64,000 nt of DNA from Heterodontus francisci (lineage: Eukaryota), in contig NC_090418.1 of NCBI RefSeq assembly GCF_036365525.1, positions 10,602,856 through 10,666,855 of the forward strand, given 5' to 3'. Below the pieces are notes generated by a model. The model was not told where the DNA came from, did not search any database, and saw only the letters and a list, made by a program, of their open reading frames with translations. The translations under genes were made by a program, and so were the position numbers. Shown one piece after another: positions 45,406 to 58,327 of the stretch. The first letter of the stretch is position 1; each line of letters starts with the position of its first letter.

Positions 45406-48037
45406 CTAGTTGATCAGAGTTTGCTTGTGTTTCCTGTACAGGAACAAGGCTATCAATAAAGCAGAGATCAGACAGACAGCTATCACAGTCAGGGCCACAA
45501 TCAGGACCACCTCAGACTCCACACCTACAAAGCAATGAGAAACCAATGGTTAGTGAAGGAAACACTGAGGGGAAAATGGAAACTAGCAGTCAGCCAACTC
45601 ACCACCTGGAGACCTCTCCTGCAGCCTTCGCTCAACCTCATTCAGGGCCTCAGTTGCCAGGTCAGTCACCTCAGTATCCAGAATGACCAGGGGTCCAAGT
45701 GAGGCCTCACCCTCCCACTTCAATCCAGCTTCACTCTCTGCAATATCAAACATGCCAGTTAGAGGGGGTAAAGGGAGATCTCCCACATCTAGAGGATCAA
45801 TGTCCTACCAGCTTCAGGTACAAGATCCCTCCTTCCTCTGGAAGGAAATCGGAACTCCCTTGTGGCACCACAGTTACCCACATGGCAACAGGCACAAATG
45901 TCATTGTTGGATTCCTCCAATGGGGTCCAGCTAAACAAGAGAAACAGTTGATCAACCAGGTTGTCCACCCTTCCAAACATTGAAGAGAAAAGGAACTTAC
46001 ACATTCTGCATCTTCTGGAGAGTACAAGCTTTGTTCATGGAATCTCTCCAATCCACTGGAGCAACTTTCAGGTGACAGGTGATGAAAATCTGGGACATAA
46101 ATGTCAGCACAACAAACTTAGTGACACCTCCCAATATGGAGAGCCCAATGATCAGCTTACACTTACCAAGGAACGGTCATCTCCAAAGAAGCGGAAAGCA
46201 TCCAGGTCAAACCGCAGCTTGTCCAGCTCACGCTCGTCTCTTGGCAACACGAAGGTTGAAAAGGAGTCCTCAGCTTTGCTGTCCAGGAGGCAACTGGAGA
46301 AAGATTCAAAAAGGGACATGAAGGGAATCAAGTGAAGCCATTGAGATGGGAGCAGCTGGAGAAAACAGAGAGCTCCTTACCCATTGTAGTCAATGATGCT
46401 GTATCTCGGGGTGGAATCCTTGTCTGGGCTCAATGTAGCTACACAGCGGTCAATGTAGAGCTTCAGGGGCATGTGGTTGGTCATTGAAACAGAGGCCTCA
46501 ATGTGAATGAGGTCACCCAGGTAGTAGACAGTCGAGGTGCGCTCTGTAAGCCAGTCATCTGAAGTACAAGAGGACAAGGGTTAGAGACAGTGGGTACAAC
46601 TCCCAGTGGGTGAGTACAGGAAATCACTCCCCATCCACCCATCACATACCATTCATTAGGCGCAGAGAGAATGACAGATGCCCTTCTCCAGACTTGGTGG
46701 AGCTGAATGGGATCCAGGTGGGCTTGATGTGGTTACTGCTCACATTCCCCTTCCTGGAAGGATAGGAGAGTTATTTTAGGACAACTTCAGAGAACTTGCA
46801 TTGGACTGAAAATTCATGAATAAAAATCACTCATCTATTACCTAAAATAATGACACTCGATGGGAACAACAGCTCCATTTGTTCTCACAATGACAGATCC
46901 ATGATACTGGGGGGTGTGGTTCAGGTGGGTGGTGTAGACCAGGAAATCTCCAACCATCTGAAAGGCATCAGGTAAAGGAATTGATGAACTGATCTCAATG
47001 GAAGATATTTATCTATATTGGTCAGCAACAGGAATTGCTGAATATTGGTATTGAACTAGCTACTCAAGCACTCCCTGTAACTGTTCGATCCCCCTTTATT
47101 GGAGGACACTTCCAGCCTGCAAACCAAAAACCCTAAATCCCACAGAAAGAGCTCCCATGTAAACATCCAAGTGAGCTGCCAGTTACCCTGCTCTGGAACA
47201 CCAAACCATTATTCATGGACTCACTGAAGTAATTCTCAGCTGTAATTGCTCAAATAGAAACACCAAAAACAGAGCTGCCTTGAATATATTAAAACCCAAC
47301 TGCACTGGTTTAGCCTTCAAAAATGGAAGCCACACAAGATGGAATTTCTTGACTGTGAATGGAGGAAGCAGGTGTCAATGAGAGACAGGAAAGGAAGGAC
47401 TAGCTTGAAGAAAACAGAATGATAAGGTTTGAGAGCAGGTGATACAAGTTAAAGGCAACAACATCTGAGTGTTAAGCTTCTTTCCGATACTTACCAAAAA
47501 CAAAATAAATAGTTAGGGTGAATGTTAACGAGAGACAGTACACAGAGACAGGAACAAGTCTTCATGAATGTTCAGGAAATCAGTGTTGAAAATGTACACA
47601 TGAAGTTTAGAACAAGAGTCAATGACTCACATTACCTGCAATCTGCTGCCACACTCATGGAGCCCATAGTCAAAGAGGACAGTGTGGTTCTGAGAGTAGA
47701 TCCTGGTCGGCCGACAACCTGCTGTCCCCAGGGTCAGGTCAGCAGCTTTAATCAGGTGCCTGGTTCCAAATAAATCCATCTGGACCCTGACCAGCAGGTT
47801 CTGCTCTCCACACTGCACTGTCACAGTCTGCAGTGGAGACACACTTCGACCCTCAGACACACGGAAATGGGAACCAAAGGGAGACCCAGTTGGAGGGACT
47901 CTCTGAGGCACAGGGGTGGCTTTTACTCTTGTCCATGGAAACCTCTGGTCTCGAAACTGTTGCCAAGTATCAGAGTAACAGACAACTCCAACTAACACCA
48001 GCACTGGGAACAAACCCCTCATTACAAAATCCCCCAT
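45406..48037 (-). CDS. ZP3: ZP3-type egg-envelope glycoprotein, copy 3 (463 aa)
   Basis: Exons 48037-47636, 46957-46842, 46753-46650, 46558-46381, 46293-46167, 46089-46001, 45930-45809, 45737-45603, 45524-45406. GT-AG introns, no stops seen, RGRR. Confidence 0.92.
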
Positions 48038-48081
48038 GATACCAAACAACTCAACCATCCCTTCACCCACCAACCAGCTCC

Positions 48082-48293
48082 TTTTATACACACAACCTGC
48101 AGTCACCTGACACCAATGATCCCAGAAGCAGCAACATTGAGCCAATTAACCAGCCCCAATCTCCACAATTTACACCCAATGACAGAACTCATGGATTTAT
48201 TGGTTGGAGGGCCTATTTTATTTAGACCAATAGGAGTGACTCTGAGTTGGCCCAGTGTCACCTGACACAAATCAGCTCCACAAGTTCTCATGT
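48082..48293 (-). promoter_or_regulatory. ZP3 copy 3 promoter, truncated upstream by a deletion into Tx1
   Basis: TATAAAA at 48088-48082; CAGGTG at 48109-48104 and 48264-48259; Tx1 sequence starts at 48294. Confidence 0.72.
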
Positions 48294-49254
48294 CCCCGGA
48301 GTCGGCCGCCCGGACAGCCGAGGCGCTCCCCCACCGGCGGAGGAGGCGACCATGTTCCAGACTCGGAATAGATCCCGGTAAAAGACAGGCAACTCCCTCA
48401 GAGAGGCGCGGCTAACGGACTCCACCAGGAGCTGCGTGTCGTCTTGAAGGCAGTGACACTGGCGGAAAAATACGTCGCCAGCGCACACCGTCTAGGAGGA
48501 CGCTCGACGTACAGGTATCTCTGCAGGGTCCGAAGGCGGAGAGTCGCAGCCTGGGTGCGGATGCACACCAGCGACTGACCGCCCTCCTCGATCGGGAGAC
48601 TCAGGACCGCGGCAGAGACCCAGTGTTTCCTCTTGCCCCAGAAGAAATCGACGAGTTTCTTCTGGATCTTGGTGGCAAATACAGGGGGCGGGGCCAAAGT
48701 GACCAACCGGTACCACAGCATGGAGGCCACCAGTTGGTTTATGACCAGCGCTCGGCCCCTGTAGGAAAGCACTCGGAGCAGTCCTGTCCAGCGCCCCAGC
48801 CGAGCGGTGACTTTCGCCTCCAACTCCTGTCAGTTTGCCGGCCAGGCTTCCTCAGCGGGGCTAAGGTGAACTCCCAGATAGAGGAGGTTCGTGGTGCTCC
48901 ACGCAAAAGGTGTCATCTCCTGCGGCAGGGAGTCCACCCGCCACTGACCAACCAGGAGTCCGGAACATTTCTCCCAATTGATCCTCGTGGAGGACGCGGC
49001 GGAAAAGGTCTGCTGGCAGTCGCGCATCCGCCGCAAGTCAATGGGATCTGTGACCGCGAGGAGCACGTCGTCGGCGTAAGCCGAGGGGACGACCCGCATG
49101 GCCGGCTCGCGCAGAGCCAATCCCCTCAACCTCCTGCGAAGCAGGCACAGGAAGGGCTCCACGCAGGCGGTATACAATTGGCCGGACATGGGGCATCCCT
49201 GACGCACTCCTCTCCCAAAGCGAAGGGGCGCCGTCAAGGACCCGTTAACTTTGA
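48294..49254 (-). mobile_element. Tx1-like RT part whose 3' end is removed by a deletion
   Basis: GVRQGCPMSG, SAYADDV. Confidence 0.88.
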
Positions 49255-50137
49255 ATAAGAATTAGAATTAGAATTAGAACATTACAGCGCAGTACAGGCC
49301 CTTCGGCCCTCGATGTTGCGCCGACCTGTGAAACCATCTGACCTACACTATTCCATTTTCATCCAATGACCACTTAAATGCCCTTAAAGTTGGCGAGTCT
49401 ACTACTGTTGCAGGCAGGGCGTTCCACGCCCCTACTACTCTCTGTGTAAAGAAACTACCTCTAACCTCATCCACCTGTTTGGTCACCTTCTCGAAAAACT
49501 CAATAAGGTTTGTGAGGCACGACCTACCCTTCACAAAACCGTGCTGACTATCGCTAATGAACTTATTCTTTTCAAGATGATTATAAATCCTGTCTCTTAT
49601 AACCTTTTCCAACATTTTACCCACAACCGAAGTAAGGCTCACAGGTCTATAATTACCAGGGCTGTCTCTACTCCCCTTCTTGAACAAGGGAACAACATTT
49701 GCTATCCTCCAGTCTTCCGGCACTATTCCTGTCGACAATGACGACATAAAGATCAAGGAAAAAGGCTCTGCAATCTCCTCCCCAGCTTCCCAGAGAGTCC
49801 TCGGATAAATCCCATCTGGCCCAGGGGACTTATCTATTTTCACACTTTCCAAAATTGATAATACCTCCTCCTTGTAAACCTCAATCCCATCTAGCCTAGT
49901 AGTCTGAATCTCAGTATTCTCCTCGACAACATTTTCTTTCTCTACTGTAAATACTGACGCAAAATATTCATTTAACACTTCCCCTACCTCCTCTGATTCC
50001 ACACACAGCTTCCCACTACTATCCTTGATTGGCCCTAATCTAACTCTAGTCATTCTTTTATTCCTGATATACCTATAGAAAGCCTTAGGGTTTTCCGTGA
50101 TCCTATCCGCCAATGACTTCTCGTGTCCTCTCCTTGC
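49255..50137 (-). mobile_element. Nested CR1 with a private ~960-bp deletion
   Basis: The ORF joins KVTKQVDE directly to VRGSFFTQR. Confidence 0.9.
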
Positions 50138-50949
50138 TAGACACTCTGCGGTGGCGTATAAAAGTCGGACCCGGGCCACGAAATGCGGTCCGAGTCCGAA
50201 AGCGCACAGAGTCCCGAAAAGGTAGTCGTGATCCACCCTGTCGAACACCTTCTCCTGATCGAGGGAGAGAAAGGCGACCGACTGACCAGTCCTCTGGGAA
50301 AGATGGATCAGGTCCCGGACCAGGTGGATGTTGTCCTGGATGGACCGGCCCGGGACCGTGTAGACTGGTCGGGGTGGATCATGTGGGCCAGCACGGAGCC
50401 CAGGCGGGTAGACATAGCCCGGGCAAAGATCTTATAATCCGTGCTGAGGAGGGAGACCGGACGCCAGTTTTTAAGCAGACGGAGATCGCCCCTCTTCGGC
50501 AGCAGGACGATGACCGTCCTGCGCCACAAGAGGGGCATCTCCCCGGTCACCAGGCTTTCCCCCAGGACCCGCGCGTAATCGTCCCCCAGGATATCCCAGA
50601 ACGCCCTGAGGAATTCCACGGTCAACCCATCCAGCCCTGGGGATTTGCCCCTTGAGAGCTGGTGGAGGGCGCCGGTCAGCTCCGCCAACGTGAGCGGAGC
50701 CTCCAATCCTTCGGCGCCCTCCAGGCTGACCTGCAGCAGGTCCTCCCACAAAACTCTGCGCGCATCCTCGCTGGACGGATCCGGAGAGAACAACGCACTG
50801 TAATAAGTACGGACCAGGAGGCCCATTCCCTCCGGATCCGTGATGGAGGATCCGTCGTCGGCCAGCAGCTCAACGAGCTGCTTACGGACCCCCCGCCATT
50901 TTTACAGCGAGTAGAAGAAGGGTGAGGCGCGGTCCAAATCTTCCAGGCG
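50138..50949 (-). mobile_element. Tx1-like upstream RT part (third copy)
   Basis: KSPGLDG, KNWRPVSLL. Confidence 0.88.
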
Positions 50950-52870
50950 CATTTGGCAACTCTTGCATTACTCCAGCACATCTTTGTGGAGTTTTGGCCA
51001 GCCAAACCGCTGTCTTATGCAGGCTTTGGTCTTTAGCATACCGGCATGTACAGTCACTGTAGTTCCGTGAGCCCTTCTCAATATTTCTCTCCGGTACCTC
51101 CGCGGCACCAATAACTGGTGAACTACTGTCCACTCCTTGCTCTCCGGTCTGTGAGGTGAACTCCATTTCCTCATCAGTACCACATTCCTTAATTAGTAGC
51201 AATCAGGGACTCCCTCTGCTTCACTTTCAGACTGGGCAACCTGTGCTAACTCTCGCAATACTGGGTCGGTTCGCTGAGCCTCAGCTAGGAAAAATCCCAT
51301 TTAATTCATTCCCTGGGTCTCCTAATTTTCCAAAGAAAGTCTCAGATAGACAGGCCTCATGGTCATCTGCCTGCAGCACCAATGCAGTCTCCTCTGGGGG
51401 AGTTGGTTTGATCATGGCCTGACCCACTACACATTCAGGGAAACTGCAGGGGACCTTCTCCTGCCACCGCCCTGTCTCTCTGACCTCCTGCGGTCTTTCT
51501 TTCACTACTGGAGGGGGTGCTACCACCTTCACCCGCACCAGATTATTACTTAGGAGCAGGTCAACCCTGTCCACAGGCAAACTAGAGACAATCCCTATGG
51601 TCAGTGGTCCCGAAACCAGGTCGCACTCCAGGTGTACCCAGTGTACAGGTACAGGTATACACTGCCCTCCAATACCACTCACCACCATTGTGGTGTTCAC
51701 TGCACTCTCTGGGGGAAAGGGATCTAGAGGCTCCTGTATCCCTGAGAATCACTATGGGCTTGCTTACCCCACTTGAGGAGTATAGGGTTACTTTCCCTTC
51801 AGACACAAATCCCCGATAACCTTCAGGAATCTTATTAAATTTTGCTGCACCTGCAGCCGTAAGCTTCCTGGGTCTCACTCTTACTGCCGTTAAAGGCACA
51901 GCTTGTTCTGCCGTACTTTCCAACAGGGTCCCCGTCTTCACTGAGCGGGTGGGCCCTGATTAACCGTACAGGTTTCCCCTTTAGCTTCCAGCAGTCAGCT
52001 TTTTAAATGCCCTGCTTTATTACAATGGAAGCATGCAGGTCCTCTTGCTCACAGCACCTTCCTTTCTGGCTCGAGGAGGGCCCTCTGCGTCTCCTGCTTT
52101 TCTTTCCTCCCAAGACTGCTCGGGATCCTAACCTCTTCGCACCCTTTGTCCTTTCGGGATTTGTGAGGGTGACTCGAAAACGTCCTCCCCTGGGAAACAG
52201 ACTTATAAATTAAAGCAAACTCATCGGCCAGAACGGCCGCTTGCCGGGCTCCCTGAACCTGCTGCTCCTCCACATGTGTCTTTATGGAGAATGGGAGAGA
52301 GTGTTTAAATTTCTCTAACAGGATGACTTCTCTGAGATTCTCATAGCTGAGCTGTACTTTAAGAGCCCTCAGCCACTGGTCAAAAGCCAGCTGCTTACTT
52401 CTTTCAAACTCCAGATAAGTTTGATGAGCTTGCTACTTGACGGTTCGAAACTTTTGCCGATAGGCTTCGGATATTAATTCACATGCGCCGAGAGCATTTT
52501 TGGTCAGTTCATAATTTGATGAACTCTCATCTGGCAACAGGGAATAAACTTCATTGGATTTTCCAGTTAGCTTGCTCTGTAGTAAAAGAGGCCAGGTCTC
52601 AGCTGGCCATTTTAGGTGCCTTGCCAGTTTCTCAAAGGATACAAAAAAATATTTCTACATGTTCCTTATTGAGTTTTAGAATGAGTTGAGCTAGTTTTAA
52701 CAATTCTGTACCCAGCCCTGAATTATACTCCTTCATATTGGCCATGCTTTCACTGGGGTTACTCTGTCGCCCCGCATCACTCTCTTTCTTTGCATTCTTT
52801 CTGTAATGTTCTTTCTCGCTCTCGTTCCTTCTCCTGTCTTTCATTTTCTTCACGTTCCTTCTGAAGCTAC
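50950..52870 (-). mobile_element. Gmr1-like Gypsy fragment (third copy)
   Basis: PIVILRDTGAS; the zinc knuckle keeps its first Cys (TGC TTC CAT TGT). Confidence 0.8.
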
Positions 52871-55755
52871 TTTTTTTTTTATTGTTCATGCATGGGATGT
52901 GGGCATCGCTGGCCAGGCCAACATTTATTGCCCATCCCTCCTTGCCCTTGAGAAGGTGGTGGTGAGCTGCCTTCTTGAACCGCTGCAGTCCATGTGGTGT
53001 AGGCATACCCACAGTGCTGTTGTTAGGAAGGGAGTTCCAGGATATTGACCCAGCAACAGTGAAGGAACGTTGATATAGTTCCAAGTCAGGATGGTGTGTG
53101 ACTTGGAGGGGAACTTGCAGGTGGTGTTCCCATGCATTTGCTGCCCTTGTCCTTCTAGGTGTTAGAGGTCGCAGGTTTGGAAGGTGCTGTCGAAGGAGCC
53201 TTGGTGCATTGTTACAGTGCATCTTGCAGATGGTACACACTGCTGCCACTGTGCGTCGGTGGTGGAGGGAGTGAATGTTTGTGGATGGGCTGCTTTGTCC
53301 TGGATGGTGTCGAGCTTCTTGAGTGTTGTTGGATCTGCACTCATCCAGGCAAGTGGAGAGTATTCCATCACACTCCTGACTTATGCCTTGTAGATGGCGG
53401 ACAGGCTTTGGGGAGTCAGGAGGTGAGTTACTCACCGCAGGATTCCTAGCCTCTGACCTGCTCTTGTAGCCACGGTATTTATATGGCTACTCCAGTTCAG
53501 TTTCTGGTCAATGGTAGCCCCGAGGTTGTTGATAGTGGGGGATTCAGCGATGGTAATGCCATTGAATATCAAGGGGAGATGGTTAGATTCTCTCTTGTTG
53601 AAGACGGTCATCACCTGGCACTTGTGTGGCGCGAGTGTTACTTATCAGCCCAAGCCTGGATATTGTCCAGGTCTTGCTGCATTTCTACACGGACTGCTTC
53701 AGTATTTGAGGAGTCGCGAATGGTACTGAACATTGTACAATTATCAACGAACATCCCCACTTCTGACCTTATGATTGAAGGAAGGTCATTGATGAAGCAG
53801 CTGAAGATGGTTGGGCCTAGGACACTACCCTGAGGAACTCCTGCAGTGATGTCCTGGAGTTCAGATGATTGACCTCCAACAACCACAACCATCTTCCTTT
53901 GCACTAGATGTGACTCTAACCAGCGGAGGGTTTTCCTCCTGATTCCCATTGACTTCGGTTTTGCTGGGGCTCCTTGATGCCATACTCGGTCAAATGCTGC
54001 CTTGATGTCAAGGGCAGTCACTCTCACCTCACCTCTTGAGTTCAGCTCTTTTGCCCATGTTTGAACCAAGGCTGTAATGAGGTCAGGAGCTGAGTTTGCC
54101 CAGGTGGAACCCAAACTGAGCGTCACTGAGCAGGTTATTGCAAAGCAAGAGTCACTTGATGGTCCTGTTGATGACACCTTCCATCACTTTACCGATGACT
54201 GAGAGTAGGCTGATGGGGCGGTAATTGGCCGGGTTGTACTTGTCCTGCTTTTTGTGTACAGGACATACCTGGGCAATTTTCCACGTTGCAGGGTAGATGC
54301 CAGTGTTGTAGCTGTACTGGAACAGCTTGGCTATGGGTGCGGAAAGTTCTGGAGCACAGGTCTTCAATACTATAGCCGGTATATTCTGAGGGCCGACAGC
54401 CTTTGCGGTATCCAGTGCCTTCAGTCGTTTCATGATATCACACGGAGTGAATTGAATTGGCTGAAGTCTGGCATCAGAGATGCTGGGGAGTTCAGAAGGA
54501 GGCCGAGATGGATCATCAACTCGACACTTCTGGCTGAAGATGGACGCAAATGTTTCAGCCTTATCTTTCGCACTGGGTTCCCCCATCATTGAGGATGGGG
54601 ATATTTGTGGAGCCACCTCCTCCAGTTAGTTGTTTAATTGTCCACCAGCATTCAAGGCTGGTTGTGGCAGGAATGCAGAGCTTAGATCTGATCCGTTCGT
54701 TATGGGATCGCTTCGCTCTATCGTATGCTGCTTACGCAGTTTGGCACACAGATAGTCCTGTGTTGTTGCTTCACCAGGTTGACACCTCATTTTGAGGTAT
54801 GCCTGGTGCTGCTCCTGACATGCCCTCCTGCACTCTTCATTGAACCAGGGTTGGTCTCCTGGCTCGATGGTAATGGTAGAGTGGGGGACATGCCGGGCCA
54901 TGAGGTTACAGATTGTACAATTCTGCTGCTGCTGATGGCCCACAGCGCCTCTTGGATGCCCAGATTTGCATTGCTAGATCTGTTCGAAATCTATCCCATT
55001 TAGCACGGTGATAGTGCCACACAACACGATGGAGGGTATGCTCAATGTAAAGGCGGGACTTCGTCTTCACAAGGACTGTGTAGCGGTCACTCCCATCAAT
55101 ACAGTCATGGACAGATGCATCTGCGGCAGGCAGATTGGTGAGTACGAAGTCAAGTATGTTTTTCCCTCTTGTTGGTTCCCTCACCAACTGCCACAGACCC
55201 AGTCTGGCAGCTGCGTCCTTCAGGACTCAGCCAGCTCGGTCAGTAGTGGTGCTACCGAGCCACTCTTGGTGATGAACTCTGAAGTCTCCCACCCAGAGTA
55301 CATTCTGCACCCTTGCCACCCTCAGTGCTTCTTCCAAGTGGTGTTCAACATGGAGGAGTACTGACTCATCAGCTGAGGGAGGGCGGTAGGTGGTGATCAG
55401 CAGGAGGTTTCCTTGTGCACGTTTGACCCGATGCCATGAGACTTCACGGGGTGCGGAGTCGATGTTGAGAACTCCCAGGGCGACTCCCTCCCTACTGTAT
55501 ACCACTGTGCCGCCACCTCTGCTGGGTCTGTCTTGCCAGTGGGACAGGACATACTCGTGGATAGTGATGGCAGTGTCTGGGACATTGTCTGTCAGGTCTG
55601 ATTCCGTGAGTATGACGATGTCAGGCTGTTGCTTGACTGGTTTGTGGGACAGCTCTCCCAACTTTGGCACAAGCCCCCAGATGTTAGTAAGGAGGACTTT
55701 GCAGGGTCGACAGGGTTGTCATTTTCAGTACCTCGGTCGATGCTGGGTGGTCTGT
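52871..55755 (-). mobile_element. CR1/L2-group LINE (third copy)
   Basis: Same APE/RT fragments. Confidence 0.88.
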
Positions 55756-57118
55756 CCCATTTTTAGCCATTCAAGTCAGTCATGGGCTACTTTGCCCATT
55801 AATTCCATTTCCTTTAATACCTTTAAAAATCTGCCTCTGTCTCAGGTTCCAATTGACCAATTATCCAGTCTGCTGTGGGGTTAACAAAAGTTCCACATTT
55901 GTATTATTGTGTTGAAGAATTCTTCCCAATTTCACTCCTGAATAATAACCTATTAAGTTTGGCTCCCTTTAACTCCCCACGTGAAGAAAGTCTCCCTCTA
56001 TCTATCCTATTAAATGCTAACATTTAAAAGGCCCTTGATTCAGCCACTCTAGAAATCATCTTCACAGGTTTATGTAACTCACCTTTAATTTCACCCCGTA
56101 AGTATTCATTCTGTTCAACATGCACTACAACTCAACCATGGCCAGAAATATCCTTCCATCCTTCCCAGATGTGGTGCCCAAAAAGGAAAGCACTTTGCCA
56201 AACAGGAGTCTTTGACCAAAGCTCACTACAACTGTACCATCATGTTTGCAAAAGGCCCATATTTCAGTAAAATATTTTCTACAGATTTTAAAACCTCTGA
56301 CCACTTGCAACAGCTCATTGGTCAGAAATTGTGACTTAGCACACTCAAATTGTTATTGTCAGACTGGATTGCACAACCTCAGTCATCTCCAGTTGTCACT
56401 CTGCCTATCCATTTCGAGTGCCCCTTTGGAACTTGCTGCTCTCACTGGCACAAAACATCACTTGCAAACATTGATAATACACATCAGGATTCATTCATGT
56501 AACACAGTAGCCAGTACAGACTCTGGAACCTGAAGGATCACCACCAGTCACATCCCAGTCATTTAAAATCCTTCATGTCCCCTACCACCTCATCCAAGTC
56601 AAAGAGGCTGCCTCAGACTTGCATGGAATCTTTTTGAAGAGGTTGAGGTCTACATCGGCAATTTGCCCAAGGACACCCTTGGCATGAAGTTCAGAACCTA
56701 ACAATTAGTCATGTGCCCTTAGCATGAGAAGTTCACTAAGCAGCTCATAACTAAACTGCTCGTCCTCCCCAATGCTCGCAGCCGACGAGTGAGAAGCTTT
56801 GATCTGTCCTTGTTGAGGGTGACAGTCAGTTTTCCGGCTGTACGAAATGATCTGTCAATGAGAAACAGGAGAGTCCTTTACCTCAAATCAGCACAGCAAT
56901 GCCTTTAGAGTGGAGTAAGCCACAAGTATATGGGGGACATTGACAAACTCAGGTGGAATGAAGATATCCATGGACCTCTATCAGGTCATTGGCCATGTCC
57001 ACACAGAGCCTCTGACCTGACAGCTCCTCAAACATGCGGCCAAAACTCAGGAGCACGTGACTGAAATGCAGCGTGATTTGGTAAATCATCTCAACTGATT
57101 AATTCAACCCATCCTTCC

Positions 57119-58150
57119 TAGATCAGAAATTGGCTAGCTGAAAGACAGAGGGTGGTGGTTGATGGCAAATGTTCATCCTGGAGTTTAGTTACTAGTGGTG
57201 CACCGCAAGGATCTGTTTTGGGGCCACTGCTGTTTGTCATTTTTATAAATGACCTGGATGAGGGTGTAGAAGGGTGGGTTAGTAAATTTGCAGATGACAC
57301 CAAGGTCGGTGGAGCTGTGGTTAGTGCCGAAGGATGTTGTAGGGTACAGAGGGACATAGATAGGCTGCAGAGCTGGGCTGAGAGATGGCAAATGGAGTTT
57401 AATGCGGAAAAGTGTGAGGTGATTCACTTTGGAAGGAGTAACAGGAATGCAGAGTACTGGGCTAATGGGAAGATTCTTGGTAGTGTAGATGAACAGAGAG
57501 ATCTTGGTGTCCAGGTACATAAATCCCTGAAAGTTGCTACCCAGGTTAATAGGGCTGTTAAGAAGGCATATGGTGTGTTAGCTTTTATTAGTAGGGGGAT
57601 CGAGTTTCAGAGTCACGAGGTCATGCTGCAGCTGTACAAAACTCTGATGCGGCCGCACCTGGAGTTTTGCGTGCAGTTCTGGTCACCGCATTATAGGAAG
57701 AATGAGGAAGCTTTGGAAAGGGTGCAGAGGAGATTTACTAGGATGTTGCCTGGTATGGAGGGAAGGTCTTAAGAGGAAAAGCTGAGGGACTTGGTTGTTT
57801 TCGTTGGAGAGAAGGAGGAGGAGACGTGATTTAATAGAGACACAAGATAATCAGAGGGTTAGATAGGGTGGATAGAGAGTCTTTTTCCTTGGATGGTGAT
57901 GGCAAACATGAGGGGACATAGATATAGGACAGATGTTACAGATAGTTTCTTTACCCAGAGTAGTAGGGGCGTGGAACGCCCTGCCTGCAACAGTAGTAGA
58001 CTCGCCAACTTTAAGGGCATTGAAGTGGTAATTGGATAGACATATGGATGAAAATGGAATAGTGTAGGTCAGATGGTGTCACAGGTCGGCGCAACATCAA
58101 GCACCGAATGGCCTGTACTGCGCTGTAATGTTCTAATTTCTAATAAAAAA
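57119..58150 (+). mobile_element. CR1 3' fragment (third copy)
   Basis: 206-aa ORF at 57152-57772. Confidence 0.9.
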
Positions 58151-58308
58151 AAATTGGCCAGGCTGCAGTTCGCTAGTCCAAACCCTGCACAGGTCAGTGA
58201 AATTGGTCTATTTCAATAATAAAAATGCATCAGTATCACCTAACTGGGCTCATGGCATCTTCATTGGACTTGTGAAATGAAAAAGGCAAAGATACATGTA
58301 ATGATGAC

Positions 58309-58314
58309 TTTATT
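58309..58314 (-). terminator. Polyadenylation signal of ZP3 copy 4
   Basis: AATAAA 13 nt after the stop. Confidence 0.7.
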
Positions 58315-58327
58315 GAAAATTCAATAA

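Noticed and set aside
27351-58150. Array as a haplotype-duplication assembly artefact
   Set aside because: Three spacers and four genes each have private substitutions and distinct deletions, more than two haplotypes could supply. Read-level confirmation is still advisable.
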